Assembly: GCA_035402745.1 (NCBI GenBank)
Contig: DAONDV010000001.1
Coordinates: forward strand, 19,636-83,635
Direction of reading: 5' to 3'
DNA length: 64,000 bases
Origin: Minisyncoccota bacterium
GTDB taxonomy: Bacteria; Patescibacteriota; Minisyncoccia; UBA6257; JAAZHW01
Position 1 is the first letter of the stretch; every line of letters begins with the position of its first letter. The notes under the pieces are model-generated. The model ran no database searches and was not told the origin of the DNA. It saw nothing but the letters and a program-made list of their open reading frames with translations. Both the position numbers and the translations under genes were made by a program. Of the stretch, positions 46,236 to 55,850 are shown piece by piece.

Positions 46236-46262
46236 GAAACGGGGGATTGACCCGTTTCTATT
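46236..46262 (+). terminator. hairpin after rpmG (weak T-run)
   Basis: GAAACGGG / CCCGTTTC stem. Confidence 0.4.
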
Positions 46263-46263
46263 G

Positions 46264-46335
46264 GGGTCCATAGTTTCAATGGTAAAATGTCGATCTCCAA
46301 AATCGAAGTTCTCCGTTCGAGTCGGAGTGGGCCCG
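46264..46335 (+). tRNA. tRNA-Trp (anticodon CCA)
   Basis: Acceptor GGGTCCA/TGGGCCC (one G-U pair), anticodon stem TCGAT/ATCGA with loop CTCCAAA, T-loop TTCGAGT. Confidence 0.8.
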
Positions 46336-46401
46336 CATTTAGCTTTCCTTAGTGGAATTTTATTTTATAAAAATAATTTTGTCGCGTTTTATTTTAAAAC
46401 A

Positions 46402-47028
46402 ATGACAATAAAAAAAGATCTAATCTTTGCGGCAATAGTCGGTGAAATGATTGCTTGGTTGATCTGGCCAGTCTGGATGAATTTGGGCATCTTGCAGGAC
46501 TATTGGCAATGGCGTTGGGCGTTATTGGTTCTTTTACCGGTTATTTCTGTTTTGGGTGTGATAATTGCCAATTTAATTGGTAGAAAAATAGCTATATTTC
46601 AACAATTGGCTAAGTATGGTTTAGTTGGCATCTCTAACACCTTATTGGATTTTAGTGTTCTGAATGCGTTGAGTTATGTTTTTCATGTATATTCTGGTTT
46701 TTCTTTGATTTTGATTAATGTCTTTTCTTTTCTGGCAGCCAATATAAATAGTTATTTTTGGAATAAATATTGGACTTTTCAGAGTCAAAATAAAAAAGTG
46801 GCCGGAGAATTTTTGAAATTTCTCATCGTTAGCGCTATCGGCTTTATATTAAATAGTGTTATCTTGTGGTTCTTTACTACTGTTATGGAGCCGGCATTGG
46901 GACTTAGTCCGCAGATTTGGGAAAATATCGCTAAACTAATCGCTACCGGAGCTTATATTATTTGGAATTTTATTGGTTATAAATTGATTGTTTTTAAGGA
47001 TAATACCGGAAATAATATTTCAGCCTAG
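46402..47028 (+). CDS. GtrA family membrane protein (polysaccharide-synthesis-associated)
   Basis: 4-TM protein with GtrA-like LAKYGLVGISNTLLDFSVLNAL and ANINSYFWNKYWTF. Start placed after tRNA-Trp, because the track start 46261 overlaps the tRNA. Confidence 0.65.
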   Translation: MTIKKDLIFAAIVGEMIAWLIWPVWMNLGILQDYWQWRWALLVLLPVISVLGVIIANLIGRKIAIFQQLAKYGLVGISNTLLDFSVLNALSYVFHVYSGFSLILINVFSFLAANINSYFWNKYWTFQSQNKKVAGEFLKFLIVSAIGFILNSVILWFFTTVMEPALGLSPQIWENIAKLIATGAYIIWNFIGYKLIVFKDNTGNNISA

Positions 47029-47065
47029 TTTGCTTTTTTTCTTGATTTTTGGTAATATAAAAATA

Positions 47066-47428
47066 ATGTTTAAGCTTATTTCTAAGTTTATCATCCAAAT
47101 TTTGGTTAATGGCTTGGGCATCTGGATTATTTCAGAAGTTGTTCCAGGTGTTAGTTTTAGTGGAGATTGGTTGGTGCTGGCGGAAGTAGCTGCCGTGCTA
47201 GCGATATTGAATGTATTAGTGAAGCCTGTATTAAAATTTTTCTTCGGTCCTTTGATTATTTTAACTTTTGGTTTGGCGAGTTTGTTACTCAATGCCTTGA
47301 TTTTATGGGCAGTGACACAAATTTTCCCGACTAATTTAGTTATTCCTGTTGGTTGGTCGTTGATTTGGGCGACTTTGATTATTTCATTGATTAATTTTGC
47401 ATTTAATTTGGCAAAAAAGAGCGATTAA
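47066..47428 (+). CDS. phage-holin-4_2/DUF360-like 4-TM membrane protein
   Basis: About 120 aa and four helices with a GxxxxL...NALILWAVT pattern. Start at internal ATG 47066. Confidence 0.5.
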   Translation: MFKLISKFIIQILVNGLGIWIISEVVPGVSFSGDWLVLAEVAAVLAILNVLVKPVLKFFFGPLIILTFGLASLLLNALILWAVTQIFPTNLVIPVGWSLIWATLIISLINFAFNLAKKSD

Positions 47429-47585
47429 ACCCAGCATGAGAATTTCCAATTAGCTTTAGCTATATACTGGTTTTTCTAAAATGGGTAGCGATTATTAGGT
47501 CTAATTCAATTAATATAAAATAAAAGAATTTTCAAAGCTTACAAAAATAATATTTGGAAATTCCTCTACTGGGTAAATAAAAAAT

Positions 47586-47819
47586 ATGAATTTAAAGAGT
47601 ATTGTAGAAATTATTCAAATTATAGTATCCGTGCTTTTAATTGTGTCTGTTTTATTGCAACAGCGTGGTTCCGGATTAGGTGGTCTTTTTGGTGGTGGAG
47701 ATGGACAAGGGGAATTTTATCATAAACGCAGAGGGTTTGAGACTCTTATTTTTAGAAGTACTATTGTTTTGGCTGCGCTATTATTTTTATCCAGCATAGC
47801 CATATTTTTGTTGAGTTAA
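47586..47819 (+). CDS. secG: preprotein translocase subunit SecG
   Basis: 77 aa, two TM helices separated by the Gly-rich loop QQRGSGLGGLFGGGDGQGEF typical of SecG. Confidence 0.8.
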   Translation: MNLKSIVEIIQIIVSVLLIVSVLLQQRGSGLGGLFGGGDGQGEFYHKRRGFETLIFRSTIVLAALLFLSSIAIFLLS

Positions 47820-47873
47820 TTTCTTTAATTAATTATTTTTGATTGATTAAGGGGGTTTTAATTAATAATCCTT

Positions 47874-49586
47874 ATGGATATTAAAAAATTTATTTCTCGT
47901 TCTTATTGGAGAAATTTTTGGAGTGTATTAACGCCAAAAGAAAAAAAGATTTTTCAAATTGCGGCAATTTTTATTATTATTTGCTCTGTTTTTTTGGCGG
48001 CTCGATGGTATTTGGCTAACACCGTCAAAGTAGCTAAGCAAGGAGGCGATTTGAGGGAGGGTCTTGTTGGACAGCCCACCAGTTTAAATCCTATTTTAGC
48101 TCAAAATGATGTGGATAAAGATTTGAGTTCTTTGGTTTTTAATGGTCTGGTAAAAAGCGACGGAAATGGTGGAATTGTTAATGATTTGGCTGAATCAATA
48201 GAAAAGAGTGATGATGGAAAAAAATGGATAGTACATTTGAGACAGGATGTTTTGTGGCACGATGGAGAACGCTTCAGCGCCGATGATGTTGTTTTCACCA
48301 TAAAAGCCATTAAAGATCCGGAGAGCCGAAGTTCTTCCACAGCCTGGCAAGGAGTGGAGGTTCAAAAATTTAATGAGTACACAGTTGTTTTTGAATTAAA
48401 AAATCCTTATTCATTTTTTGAAGAGAATTTAAAACAGAAAATAATTCCGGAACATATTTTTAGCGCTATTCCTTTGGCAAACTTATATTTATCCGATTAT
48501 AATTTTCAACCTATTGGCACGGGCCCGTTTGTTTTTGATAAATTTGAAAAAAGTAAAAACGGTTTTATCAATTATTATAAATTTACAGCTAATGAAAAGT
48601 ATTTTCAGGGTCGTTCTTATATAAATTCTTATACAGTTAAACTTTACCAAAGCGAGCCTGAGGCGGTTAAGGCTTTTAATTCTAGGCAGATTGATTTGTA
48701 TGCTGGAGTTAACAGTAATAATTTAGAAAATATAGACAGGCATTATGGAGAAAAAGATGTTAGTTTGGCTAGATATTATGCTGTATTTTTTAATCAGAGT
48801 ATTTCTAAAGTTTTAGCCGATAAAAATGTGAGATACGCTTTAAATTACGCCACTAATCGCCAGGAATTGATTGAAAGAGTTTTTGACGGCAAATCAAAAG
48901 AGGTTAATGGCCCCATCTTATCGGATATGAATGGATATGAATCCGGTTTAAATTGGGAGTTCTCCTTGGAAAAGGCTAATGATATTTTAAGTAAAAATGG
49001 TTGGAAAGATAGTGACGGTGATGGAATATTAGAAAAGAAATTATCAAAAGATTTAGACGTTTTGTCTTTGCTTTCTTTTAGATTAATTGTTCCGGAATCA
49101 GCGGGATTGATTGAAACGGCTAGTATTTTAAAAGATCAATGGGCTAAGATCGGATGTCGCGTGGAAATTCAAATTGTTTCTGCTAAGGAATTACAATCTA
49201 ATTATTTGGAACCCCGAGTGTACGATGCTTTGATTTTTGGCAATATGTTGAATTATAATCCTGATCCATTTTCTTTCTGGCATTCTTCTCAGAAACTCAG
49301 TCCTGGTTTTAATTTGGCGCTTTATGAAAATTCCGGAGCTGATAAAGTTTTGGAATCATTAAGACAAACTTTTGATGTGGAAGAGCAAGCTAATGATTTG
49401 AAGAAGTTCCAAAGTTTTGTTTATTCCGACGCTCCTGCTGTGTTTCTTTTCAATCCTTATTATATTATGGTTTCTTTAACTAATTTAGATTTGAACAATA
49501 TGGCTAAACTCAATTCTTTATCTGATAGATATTACGACGTCAATCATTGGTTCTTAAAGACTAAGAGAGTTTTTAAGTCAGAATAA
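47874..49586 (+). CDS. ABC transporter substrate-binding protein, family 5 (oligopeptide/nickel-type), membrane anchored; no permease or ATPase genes adjacent
   Basis: N-terminal TM anchor. SBP_bac_5-like blocks (PTSLNPILAQNDVDKDLSSLVFNGLV, WHDGERFSADDVVFT). Confidence 0.75.
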   Translation: MDIKKFISRSYWRNFWSVLTPKEKKIFQIAAIFIIICSVFLAARWYLANTVKVAKQGGDLREGLVGQPTSLNPILAQNDVDKDLSSLVFNGLVKSDGNGGIVNDLAESIEKSDDGKKWIVHLRQDVLWHDGERFSADDVVFTIKAIKDPESRSSSTAWQGVEVQKFNEYTVVFELKNPYSFFEENLKQKIIPEHIFSAIPLANLYLSDYNFQPIGTGPFVFDKFEKSKNGFINYYKFTANEKYFQGRSYINSYTVKLYQSEPEAVKAFNSRQIDLYAGVNSNNLENIDRHYGEKDVSLARYYAVFFNQSISKVLADKNVRYALNYATNRQELIERVFDGKSKEVNGPILSDMNGYESGLNWEFSLEKANDILSKNGWKDSDGDGILEKKLSKDLDVLSLLSFRLIVPESAGLIETASILKDQWAKIGCRVEIQIVSAKELQSNYLEPRVYDALIFGNMLNYNPDPFSFWHSSQKLSPGFNLALYENSGADKVLESLRQTFDVEEQANDLKKFQSFVYSDAPAVFLFNPYYIMVSLTNLDLNNMAKLNSLSDRYYDVNHWFLKTKRVFKSE

Positions 49587-49590
49587 ATAA

Positions 49591-50229
49591 ATGAAACAAG
49601 AAAGTAAAAGGATAAGCGATTTAAAGCCAGTTCTTTATGATGATGGCGTAATCGGAGATGCTGTTGTTTATGATGTGGAAAGAGGCAAGGATGCGCAGAA
49701 TGGATGGCGTCAAGATTTAACTGTTATTTACCCACAAATGCTCGGACGAGAAATTCCGAAGACTTTTGGGCATTATCATAAAAATAACGAGGTAGAAATT
49801 TATGAAATTTTAAGCGGTAAAATAGGATTTTTATGCCAGAAGCATTCTGTTGGTTTACCATTAGAAATAGAACAAGTTTATTTAATAGAAGCGAATAAGG
49901 GAGAAAAGATTGTAATTCCGTCTGAATTCAGTATGACTTCTATTAATTTGGGAGAAACAGAAGCTTCAATGTTCAATTGGGTAAATGATAAAATTGAAAA
50001 CGATTATAGTTTATTTATTCAAAATCACGGCGCTTGTTATTACATAGTAAGAAAAGAAGACGGAGCGTGGGAGGCAATTAAAAATAATCGTTATCAAAAA
50101 GTTCCGGAATTAATTAAATTAAAACCGAGAATCTTGCCCAAGGAATTAGAAAACTTGGAATTTTTAACAAATCAATTAAAATATAAAGATTTTTTAACAG
50201 TCGATAAATTATTTGAAAAAATAAATTAA
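49591..50229 (+). CDS. cupin-type glucose-6-phosphate isomerase-like protein (one canonical metal-ligand His apparently replaced)
   Basis: Cupin PGI signature TFGHYHKNNEVEIYE aligns with archaeal cPGI TKGHFHAKLDRAEVY. The second motif reads IPSEFSMTSINLG where cPGI has PPYWAHRTVNIG. Confidence 0.45.
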   Translation: MKQESKRISDLKPVLYDDGVIGDAVVYDVERGKDAQNGWRQDLTVIYPQMLGREIPKTFGHYHKNNEVEIYEILSGKIGFLCQKHSVGLPLEIEQVYLIEANKGEKIVIPSEFSMTSINLGETEASMFNWVNDKIENDYSLFIQNHGACYYIVRKEDGAWEAIKNNRYQKVPELIKLKPRILPKELENLEFLTNQLKYKDFLTVDKLFEKIN

Positions 50230-50244
50230 AAGCCAATTCTTTTT

Positions 50245-50328
50245 GCCCTCATGGTGGAATTGGTAGACACGCAGGCTTCAGGAGCCTGTCTCTTAACGGA
50301 GATAGAGGTTCAAATCCTCTTGAGGGCA
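50245..50328 (+). tRNA. tRNA-Leu (anticodon CAG), long variable arm
   Basis: Acceptor GCCCTCA/TGAGGGC, anticodon stem CAGGC/GCCTG with loop TTCAGGA, long variable arm, T-loop GGTTCAAATCC. Confidence 0.8.
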
Positions 50329-50347
50329 CGTTAAAGTAAAGAAAAAT

Positions 50348-52075
50348 ATGATGACACCAAGAAAGTTTATAAATAGAAGGCCGCAGCATCGACATTCTGA
50401 TGGAGCGGGCGAACACATTAAAGTGTGTTCTTTAGGAGGCCTCGGAGAAGTAGGCCGTAATTTGAGTTTTATTGAATATAAGAATCAAATTATTGTAATG
50501 GATTGCGGATTGCGTTTTCCGGAAGAAGATATGCCGGGTGTTGATTTTATCATCCCTAATATTGAATATTTAGAAAAAAATAAAAAGAAAATAATTGGAG
50601 TATTTATTACTCATGGACATCTTGATCATATTGGAGCTATTCCTTATATTATCACTAAACTGGGTAATCCTCCGATATACACAGCTCCTTTGACTCGTGC
50701 TCTTATTTTGAAACGTCAGGATGATTTTCCGAATCAACCTCGCTTAAAAATAGAAGTAATTGATCCGACTAAATTGGACAGTATTAATATTGGTTATTTT
50801 AAGATTCATCCATTTAGGGTAAATCATAATATTCCTGATTCGGTTTGTTTTGCTATAGAAACAGAAGTCGGTACTATTTTTTATATGACTGACTTTAAAT
50901 TTGATTATAGTCCAATTATCGATCCTCCGGTTGATTTGGGTAGAATTTCCAGATTGGCTTCACGTGGAGTTTTATTGTTGATGGCTGATTCTACTGGCGC
51001 TGAAGAACCTGGACATTCCATTTCTGAAAAAAATATTTATGAAGATTTGGAGAGAATTTTTGAAAAGTCTCAAGGAAAGATTATTGCAGCAACATTTTCT
51101 TCTTTGGTGGGACGTGTGCAGCAATTGATTTGGTTGTCTGAGAAATATGGTCGTCGAGTGGTCATAGACGGTTTTTCCATGAAAAATGTCGTGGCTATAA
51201 CGAGAGCGTTGGGTTACTTGCAGGTTGGTAAAAATACTATTATTTCCGCGCAAGAAGCGGAGGCTTTGCATAGAAATCAATTGACCATTATTTGTACTGG
51301 ATCGCAGGGTGAAGACCGAGCGGTTTTGATGAGAATAGTTAACCGTGAACATAAATATTTTAAGATTGAAAGGGGAGACTCAATTATATTTTCTTCTTCG
51401 GTTATTCCGGGCAATGAACGAGCTGTGCAAAATTTGAAGGATAATTTTTATCGTCAAGGAGCAAAGGTATTCCATTATAAAATGTTGGATATTCATGCCG
51501 GTGGACATGCGCAACAAGACGATTTGAAGTTAATGCATAATTTAATTAAGCCGAAATTCTTTATGCCTATTCATGGTCAATACTCCATGCTTCAAGTTCA
51601 TGCTGATTTAGCCGAGCAATTGGGATTGCCCAAGAGCAATATTGCTATTGCCGACAATGGTCAGATTTTAGATCTCACGAAGAGCACTATGAAGTTTGAA
51701 GGAGAAGTGCCGGCTAATTATGTTATGGTTGATGGTTTGGGGGTTGGTGACGTGGGAGAGGTGGTTTTGCGCGATAGAACGCAACTGGCGCAAGATGGTA
51801 TGCTTGTCATTGTGGCTATGATTGATGGGGAGTCGGGATTATTGAAAGGAGAGGCGGAGGTCCATTCTCGAGGGTTTGTTTATCTAAAAGAATCCAAGGA
51901 ATTTATTAGGGAAATCAATACTTTGGTTAAAGATATTATTAGCAAGACTTCTTCCAAGGATCGTACGACTAATTGGGCTTATGTAAAGGATAATTTGCGT
52001 GATAAAATCGGTGAATTTATCTTTAAACGTACCGAACGTAGACCCATGATTTTACCGTTTATTGTGGAAATGTAG
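50348..52075 (+). CDS. rnj: ribonuclease J (MBL/beta-CASP RNase)
   Basis: Sequence VFITHGHLDHIGAIPY (HxHxDH); beta-CASP and C-terminal domain lengths consistent with RNase J. Confidence 0.9.
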   Translation: MMTPRKFINRRPQHRHSDGAGEHIKVCSLGGLGEVGRNLSFIEYKNQIIVMDCGLRFPEEDMPGVDFIIPNIEYLEKNKKKIIGVFITHGHLDHIGAIPYIITKLGNPPIYTAPLTRALILKRQDDFPNQPRLKIEVIDPTKLDSINIGYFKIHPFRVNHNIPDSVCFAIETEVGTIFYMTDFKFDYSPIIDPPVDLGRISRLASRGVLLLMADSTGAEEPGHSISEKNIYEDLERIFEKSQGKIIAATFSSLVGRVQQLIWLSEKYGRRVVIDGFSMKNVVAITRALGYLQVGKNTIISAQEAEALHRNQLTIICTGSQGEDRAVLMRIVNREHKYFKIERGDSIIFSSSVIPGNERAVQNLKDNFYRQGAKVFHYKMLDIHAGGHAQQDDLKLMHNLIKPKFFMPIHGQYSMLQVHADLAEQLGLPKSNIAIADNGQILDLTKSTMKFEGEVPANYVMVDGLGVGDVGEVVLRDRTQLAQDGMLVIVAMIDGESGLLKGEAEVHSRGFVYLKESKEFIREINTLVKDIISKTSSKDRTTNWAYVKDNLRDKIGEFIFKRTERRPMILPFIVEM

Positions 52076-52095
52076 AGTGTTTAAAGAAATTAACA

Positions 52096-52137
52096 ACCCG
52101 CCCTGTTCATTAAAATATGAACGGGGCGGGTTTGCTT
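52096..52137 (+). terminator. rho-independent terminator
   Basis: ACCCGCCCTGTTCAT / ATGAACGGGGCGGGT stem followed by TTGCTTT. Confidence 0.8.
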
Positions 52138-52197
52138 TACAATCAAAAAAAACGGCACTATAATTTTTATTAGCACATTCAAAAATGAGAGGTGAAA

Positions 52198-52827
52198 ATG
52201 GAAAAACCGATTCTTTATTATTTTACTCAGTATCAATTGTTGATTTGCTGCGCACTTTTAATTTTTCTGGTTGTCCTTATATTGAAAGTAATTTTTAGAA
52301 CAAAAAAGGTTGTTAAACAAGAAAACTATGATGGGAAAACGATTATTCATATAGAACGCGTTCCTATTTATGAAATTGCGGAATATAATTTACCTTCCTT
52401 TAAATTCATTTCTTGGGTACGTCGCAGGCATCCCGATTTTAATTTTTTAGTTGGGGGTTCCGGAAAAATAATTTCTTTTGAAAAACATCGCAATAATTTT
52501 ATTGCTGTCCTTTATGAGGGAATGAATACTGAATGTTTTTATGATAAAACGCTCAATCAGGATATAAGCAAAAAGATAATCACTAAAAAATTATTTATTT
52601 ATATTTGGGAAAATGGAGAAGTGTTTCAATATTCTCCGGTTGATGTTCAAGAAATCAGTTTTTCTTTGAAGGATGTTTTTACCAGTGATATTTTAAAAAT
52701 ATCAGAAAAGCCAGCGAAGAAAGTGGCGTTTAAGATATTAAAAGTATTTAAAATAAGCGATTGTTCTGTTGGCGTGAGCGTGTGTATTGATGATCACGAA
52801 AGAACTTTTAGATTTTCAGTAGCGTAA
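52198..52827 (+). CDS. hypothetical membrane-anchored protein (monocistronic, terminator on both sides)
   Basis: GAGAGGTGAAA ribosome-binding site; N-terminal TM helix; no recognisable motifs. Confidence 0.55.
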   Translation: MEKPILYYFTQYQLLICCALLIFLVVLILKVIFRTKKVVKQENYDGKTIIHIERVPIYEIAEYNLPSFKFISWVRRRHPDFNFLVGGSGKIISFEKHRNNFIAVLYEGMNTECFYDKTLNQDISKKIITKKLFIYIWENGEVFQYSPVDVQEISFSLKDVFTSDILKISEKPAKKVAFKILKVFKISDCSVGVSVCIDDHERTFRFSVA

Positions 52828-52845
52828 ATGGCAATTAATATAAAA

Positions 52846-52878
52846 AGCCCCTCATTTAAAGTGGGGCTTTTTCTTTTG
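52846..52878 (+). terminator. rho-independent terminator
   Basis: AGCCCC / GGGGCT stem followed by TTTTCTTTT. Confidence 0.65.
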
Positions 52879-52904
52879 TTTATTTTAATGTAAAATGTAG
52901 ATAT

Positions 52905-53960
52905 ATGAAAATAGTAAGTGGAATTCAACCATCCGGAAAATTGCATCTTGGCAATTACCTTGGGGCTATAAAAAATTGGATTAATTTACAGGAAGATAAG
53001 AATAATTCTTGTTTGTTTTTTTTAGCTGATCTTCATTCTTTAACGGAAAGCACTGGTTTGGCTGAGGAAAAGAAGGGACAGATTGAACAGTTGGCCATTG
53101 ATTTGTTGGCCTTGGGTTTAGATCCAAAAAAATGCACTCTTTTTATCCAATCTCATGTATCAGAAGCGACTGAGTTGTCCTGGTTTTTTAATTGCGTGAC
53201 GCCGATTGGAGATTTGGAAAGAATGACTCAATATAAAGATAAATCTAAAAAACAGCCGGAGAATATAAATGCCGGGTTGTTTACTTATCCCATTTTAATG
53301 GCAGCGGATATTTTGCTTTATAAGGCCGAGGGCGTGCCGGTAGGCGATGATCAATTACAACATTTGGAAATAGCTAGAGAAACAGCTAGAAGATTTAATC
53401 GTCGTTTTGGGGATGTGTTTCCAGAACCGAAAGCTTTATTAACTAGGACTGTTCGTTTGATGAGTTTAAAAAATCCTTTGGAAAAAATGTCTAAGAGCTC
53501 AGAAAATTCTTATATTGGAGTTTTTGATGAGCCAAAAATAATTCAGGATAAAATAAAATCTATGGCCACTGCTTCCAATGATTTATTCGCTAAAATTTCT
53601 TTGGGTAAAGACGAATTAATTATTGAGCCGAGTAAAAAAGGAAAGGATGATAAAAATTTCCCGGCTATGTCAGCGGCAGTGGTTAATATGTTTAATTTAA
53701 TGAGAGAGTTTAATCCTTTGCAATATAAGTCTTTGTTTGATGGTATAGAGGTTAATTTGGAAAGATTGAGATATGGAGAATTAAAAGAATCATTGGCTAA
53801 AGCCATTGTTGAATATTTTGCGCCGTTTAAAACTAAAAGAGAAGAATTAATGAAAGATAAAAAAGCAGTAATGAGAGTCTATGAAGAGGGCGCAAAAAAA
53901 GCCCGAGAAATCGCGCAAGTAACAATGAAGGAAGTGAAAGAAAAAGCTGGATTGATTTAA
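52905..53960 (+). CDS. trpS: tryptophanyl-tRNA synthetase
   Basis: Class I HIGH-like GKLHLGNYLGA and KMSKS; about 350 aa. Confidence 0.9.
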   Translation: MKIVSGIQPSGKLHLGNYLGAIKNWINLQEDKNNSCLFFLADLHSLTESTGLAEEKKGQIEQLAIDLLALGLDPKKCTLFIQSHVSEATELSWFFNCVTPIGDLERMTQYKDKSKKQPENINAGLFTYPILMAADILLYKAEGVPVGDDQLQHLEIARETARRFNRRFGDVFPEPKALLTRTVRLMSLKNPLEKMSKSSENSYIGVFDEPKIIQDKIKSMATASNDLFAKISLGKDELIIEPSKKGKDDKNFPAMSAAVVNMFNLMREFNPLQYKSLFDGIEVNLERLRYGELKESLAKAIVEYFAPFKTKREELMKDKKAVMRVYEEGAKKAREIAQVTMKEVKEKAGLI

Positions 53961-53965
53961 TTTAT

Positions 53966-54232
53966 ATGAATGAAAAAATTATTGATAAAATAGGATGGTT
54001 TGCAGCGCTTATGGGAATAGCCATGTTTTTTTCGTACATTGATCAGATTAGATTAAATGTTTCTGGTCAAATTGGCTCTGTAATTTTACCTATTGCGACA
54101 ATGATAAATTGTATTGCTTGGTCTTCATATGGTTTCTTAAAACCTAAAAAAGATTGGCCTATGGTAGTTTCAAATGGTTTTGGGGTGATTCTGGCTGCAC
54201 TGACTGCTATAACGGCTATAATTTTTAGGTAA
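53966..54232 (+). CDS. SemiSWEET/PQ-loop family 3-TM sugar transporter
   Basis: 88 aa, 3 TM. Aligns along its length with bacterial SemiSWEET (IGWFAALMGIAMFFSYIDQI... versus IGFAAATCTTVAYAPQFIKV...). Confidence 0.65.
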   Translation: MNEKIIDKIGWFAALMGIAMFFSYIDQIRLNVSGQIGSVILPIATMINCIAWSSYGFLKPKKDWPMVVSNGFGVILAALTAITAIIFR

Positions 54233-54253
54233 AAAACGGATTGATATAAATTT

Positions 54254-54286
54254 AAAAAAATCCGCCAATTGGCGGATTTTTTTAAA
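54254..54286. terminator. bidirectional terminator (palindrome AAAAAATCCGCCAATTGGCGGATTTTTT)
   Basis: Perfect palindrome with A-run and T-run flanks, between the convergent SemiSWEET and elp3-like genes. Confidence 0.85.
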
Positions 54287-55850
54287 TATCTTTTGTCATA
54301 TACGTGCCTTCTAACTCATAACCAAGATGGCGGTAATAATCACGAACACCAATGCCGGAAATCACGGCTATCTTTTTTAATTTGAATTCTTTTTTGGCTA
54401 TCCTTTCCGCTTCAGCAACAAGTTTTTTGCCTAATCCCATATGTTGGGCGGCAATAGATTTTTTGCCAATGCTTAAAAGTTGTCCGTAAGTGTGAACTTC
54501 ACGAATTAAAGCAGCGCCTTCTAATTCTTGGATAAAAAATGGTTGTTTTTGTAAGGCGTATTCTGGAATGCGTAAACGCAATAAACTGAATAATTTTGTT
54601 CTATCTTTATTTTCCCATGATAAAAATATTTCTTTTCCATCGGATGCGCTATAGTCGATTCTAAATAATTGGATTTTCTCTTTGGGATCATATAAATCCT
54701 TTACTTCTCGTGAACGGATATCTTTGCATTTTTCTCCCTTTTTAATCATTTCTCTGTCAATCATTTCTCGCAAGTTGGATGTTTTGGATCCGGCGACAAT
54801 ACTGGTGGCCGGGATATCTCTGATGACTCTTTGCATGCGGCAATAATAGGGGATTTCCAACATTATTTTTTCCATTAATTGATTTAATGTTTTTTCCGGA
54901 TATGGTTTGTATTCTCCCTTTAAATATGATTTATAAAGTTGAGATTCTTTTAAAACTACGCACGGGTATATTTTTAATAAGTCCGGTTGGAAGTCAGGAT
55001 TTTTAAATATTTCTTTAAACATGGTCAAGTCTTTTTGAGGAGTAGAACCCATTAAATTGGGCATTAAGTGGTAGCAGATTTTAAATCCGGCTTCTTTTAA
55101 AAGTTTAGTGGCTCTAATGGATTTTTCAACGGAATGTCCGCGTTTATTTAATTTTAAAACATTATCATAGATACTTTGTATTCCCATTTCCACTCGGGTA
55201 ACACCCAATTCGCGCATCATAGTGATTTCTTCTTCATTGATAAAATCTGGGCGAGTTTCAACTGTAAGCCCGATAATACGATTATTGGTTTTCTCGTTGA
55301 GTAGTTGCGCTTGTTTTATGGTTTTACTGGTTTTTCCATTAGCGGCGTCAAAAGCGCGTTTAATAAACCATTTTCTGTATTTTGTCGGTAAAAAAGACCA
55401 CGTTCCGCCGATAACAATTAACTCAATTTTATCGGTGGGGTGTCCGCTGATTTTTAAATCTTTTATTCTGTTGGCTGTTTGCTTATAGGGGTCAAATTTA
55501 TTTAAAATGGCGCGCATAATAGCCGGCTCGTTGCTTAAATAACTCTTTGGCATCGCTTTCTCGGTGGGGCAATAAAGGCATTGACCTGGGCAAGGATAGG
55601 GTTTTGTAGAAATAGTAATAACTGCCACCCCTGATAAAGAACGCATTTTTTTTGTTTTTAATAAGGCGTACAGTTTGGCATCTTTCTTATTTTTCTTATT
55701 TTTAGTAAAATCTAAATAAGCCATTGATAGATGACGATTGGACATTGGGGATTCACCGGAGGATTTGGAGATTTCTCTTTTAAAATCATTCAAATCTTTT
55801 TCCGTATGAATCTTGGCTTTTATTAATTTTTTGATTATTTCATCTTTCAT
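54282..55850 (-). CDS. elp3: Elp3-family radical-SAM/GNAT protein (tRNA uridine-34 carboxymethyl-modification enzyme homolog)
   Basis: Radical-SAM Cys cluster KPYPCPGQCLYCP within a TIM-barrel-sized region; C-terminal GNAT-like block (HMGLGKKLVAEAERIAKKE). 522 aa, matching Elp3 size and architecture. Confidence 0.75.
   Translation of the reverse strand: MKDEIIKKLIKAKIHTEKDLNDFKREISKSSGESPMSNRHLSMAYLDFTKNKKNKKDAKLYALLKTKKMRSLSGVAVITISTKPYPCPGQCLYCPTEKAMPKSYLSNEPAIMRAILNKFDPYKQTANRIKDLKISGHPTDKIELIVIGGTWSFLPTKYRKWFIKRAFDAANGKTSKTIKQAQLLNEKTNNRIIGLTVETRPDFINEEEITMMRELGVTRVEMGIQSIYDNVLKLNKRGHSVEKSIRATKLLKEAGFKICYHLMPNLMGSTPQKDLTMFKEIFKNPDFQPDLLKIYPCVVLKESQLYKSYLKGEYKPYPEKTLNQLMEKIMLEIPYYCRMQRVIRDIPATSIVAGSKTSNLREMIDREMIKKGEKCKDIRSREVKDLYDPKEKIQLFRIDYSASDGKEIFLSWENKDRTKLFSLLRLRIPEYALQKQPFFIQELEGAALIREVHTYGQLLSIGKKSIAAQHMGLGKKLVAEAERIAKKEFKLKKIAVISGIGVRDYYRHLGYELEGTYMTKDI

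Noticed and set aside
46261-46401. N-terminal extension of the GtrA-like ORF
   Set aside because: Overlaps tRNA-Trp (46264-46335); start moved to ATG 46402.
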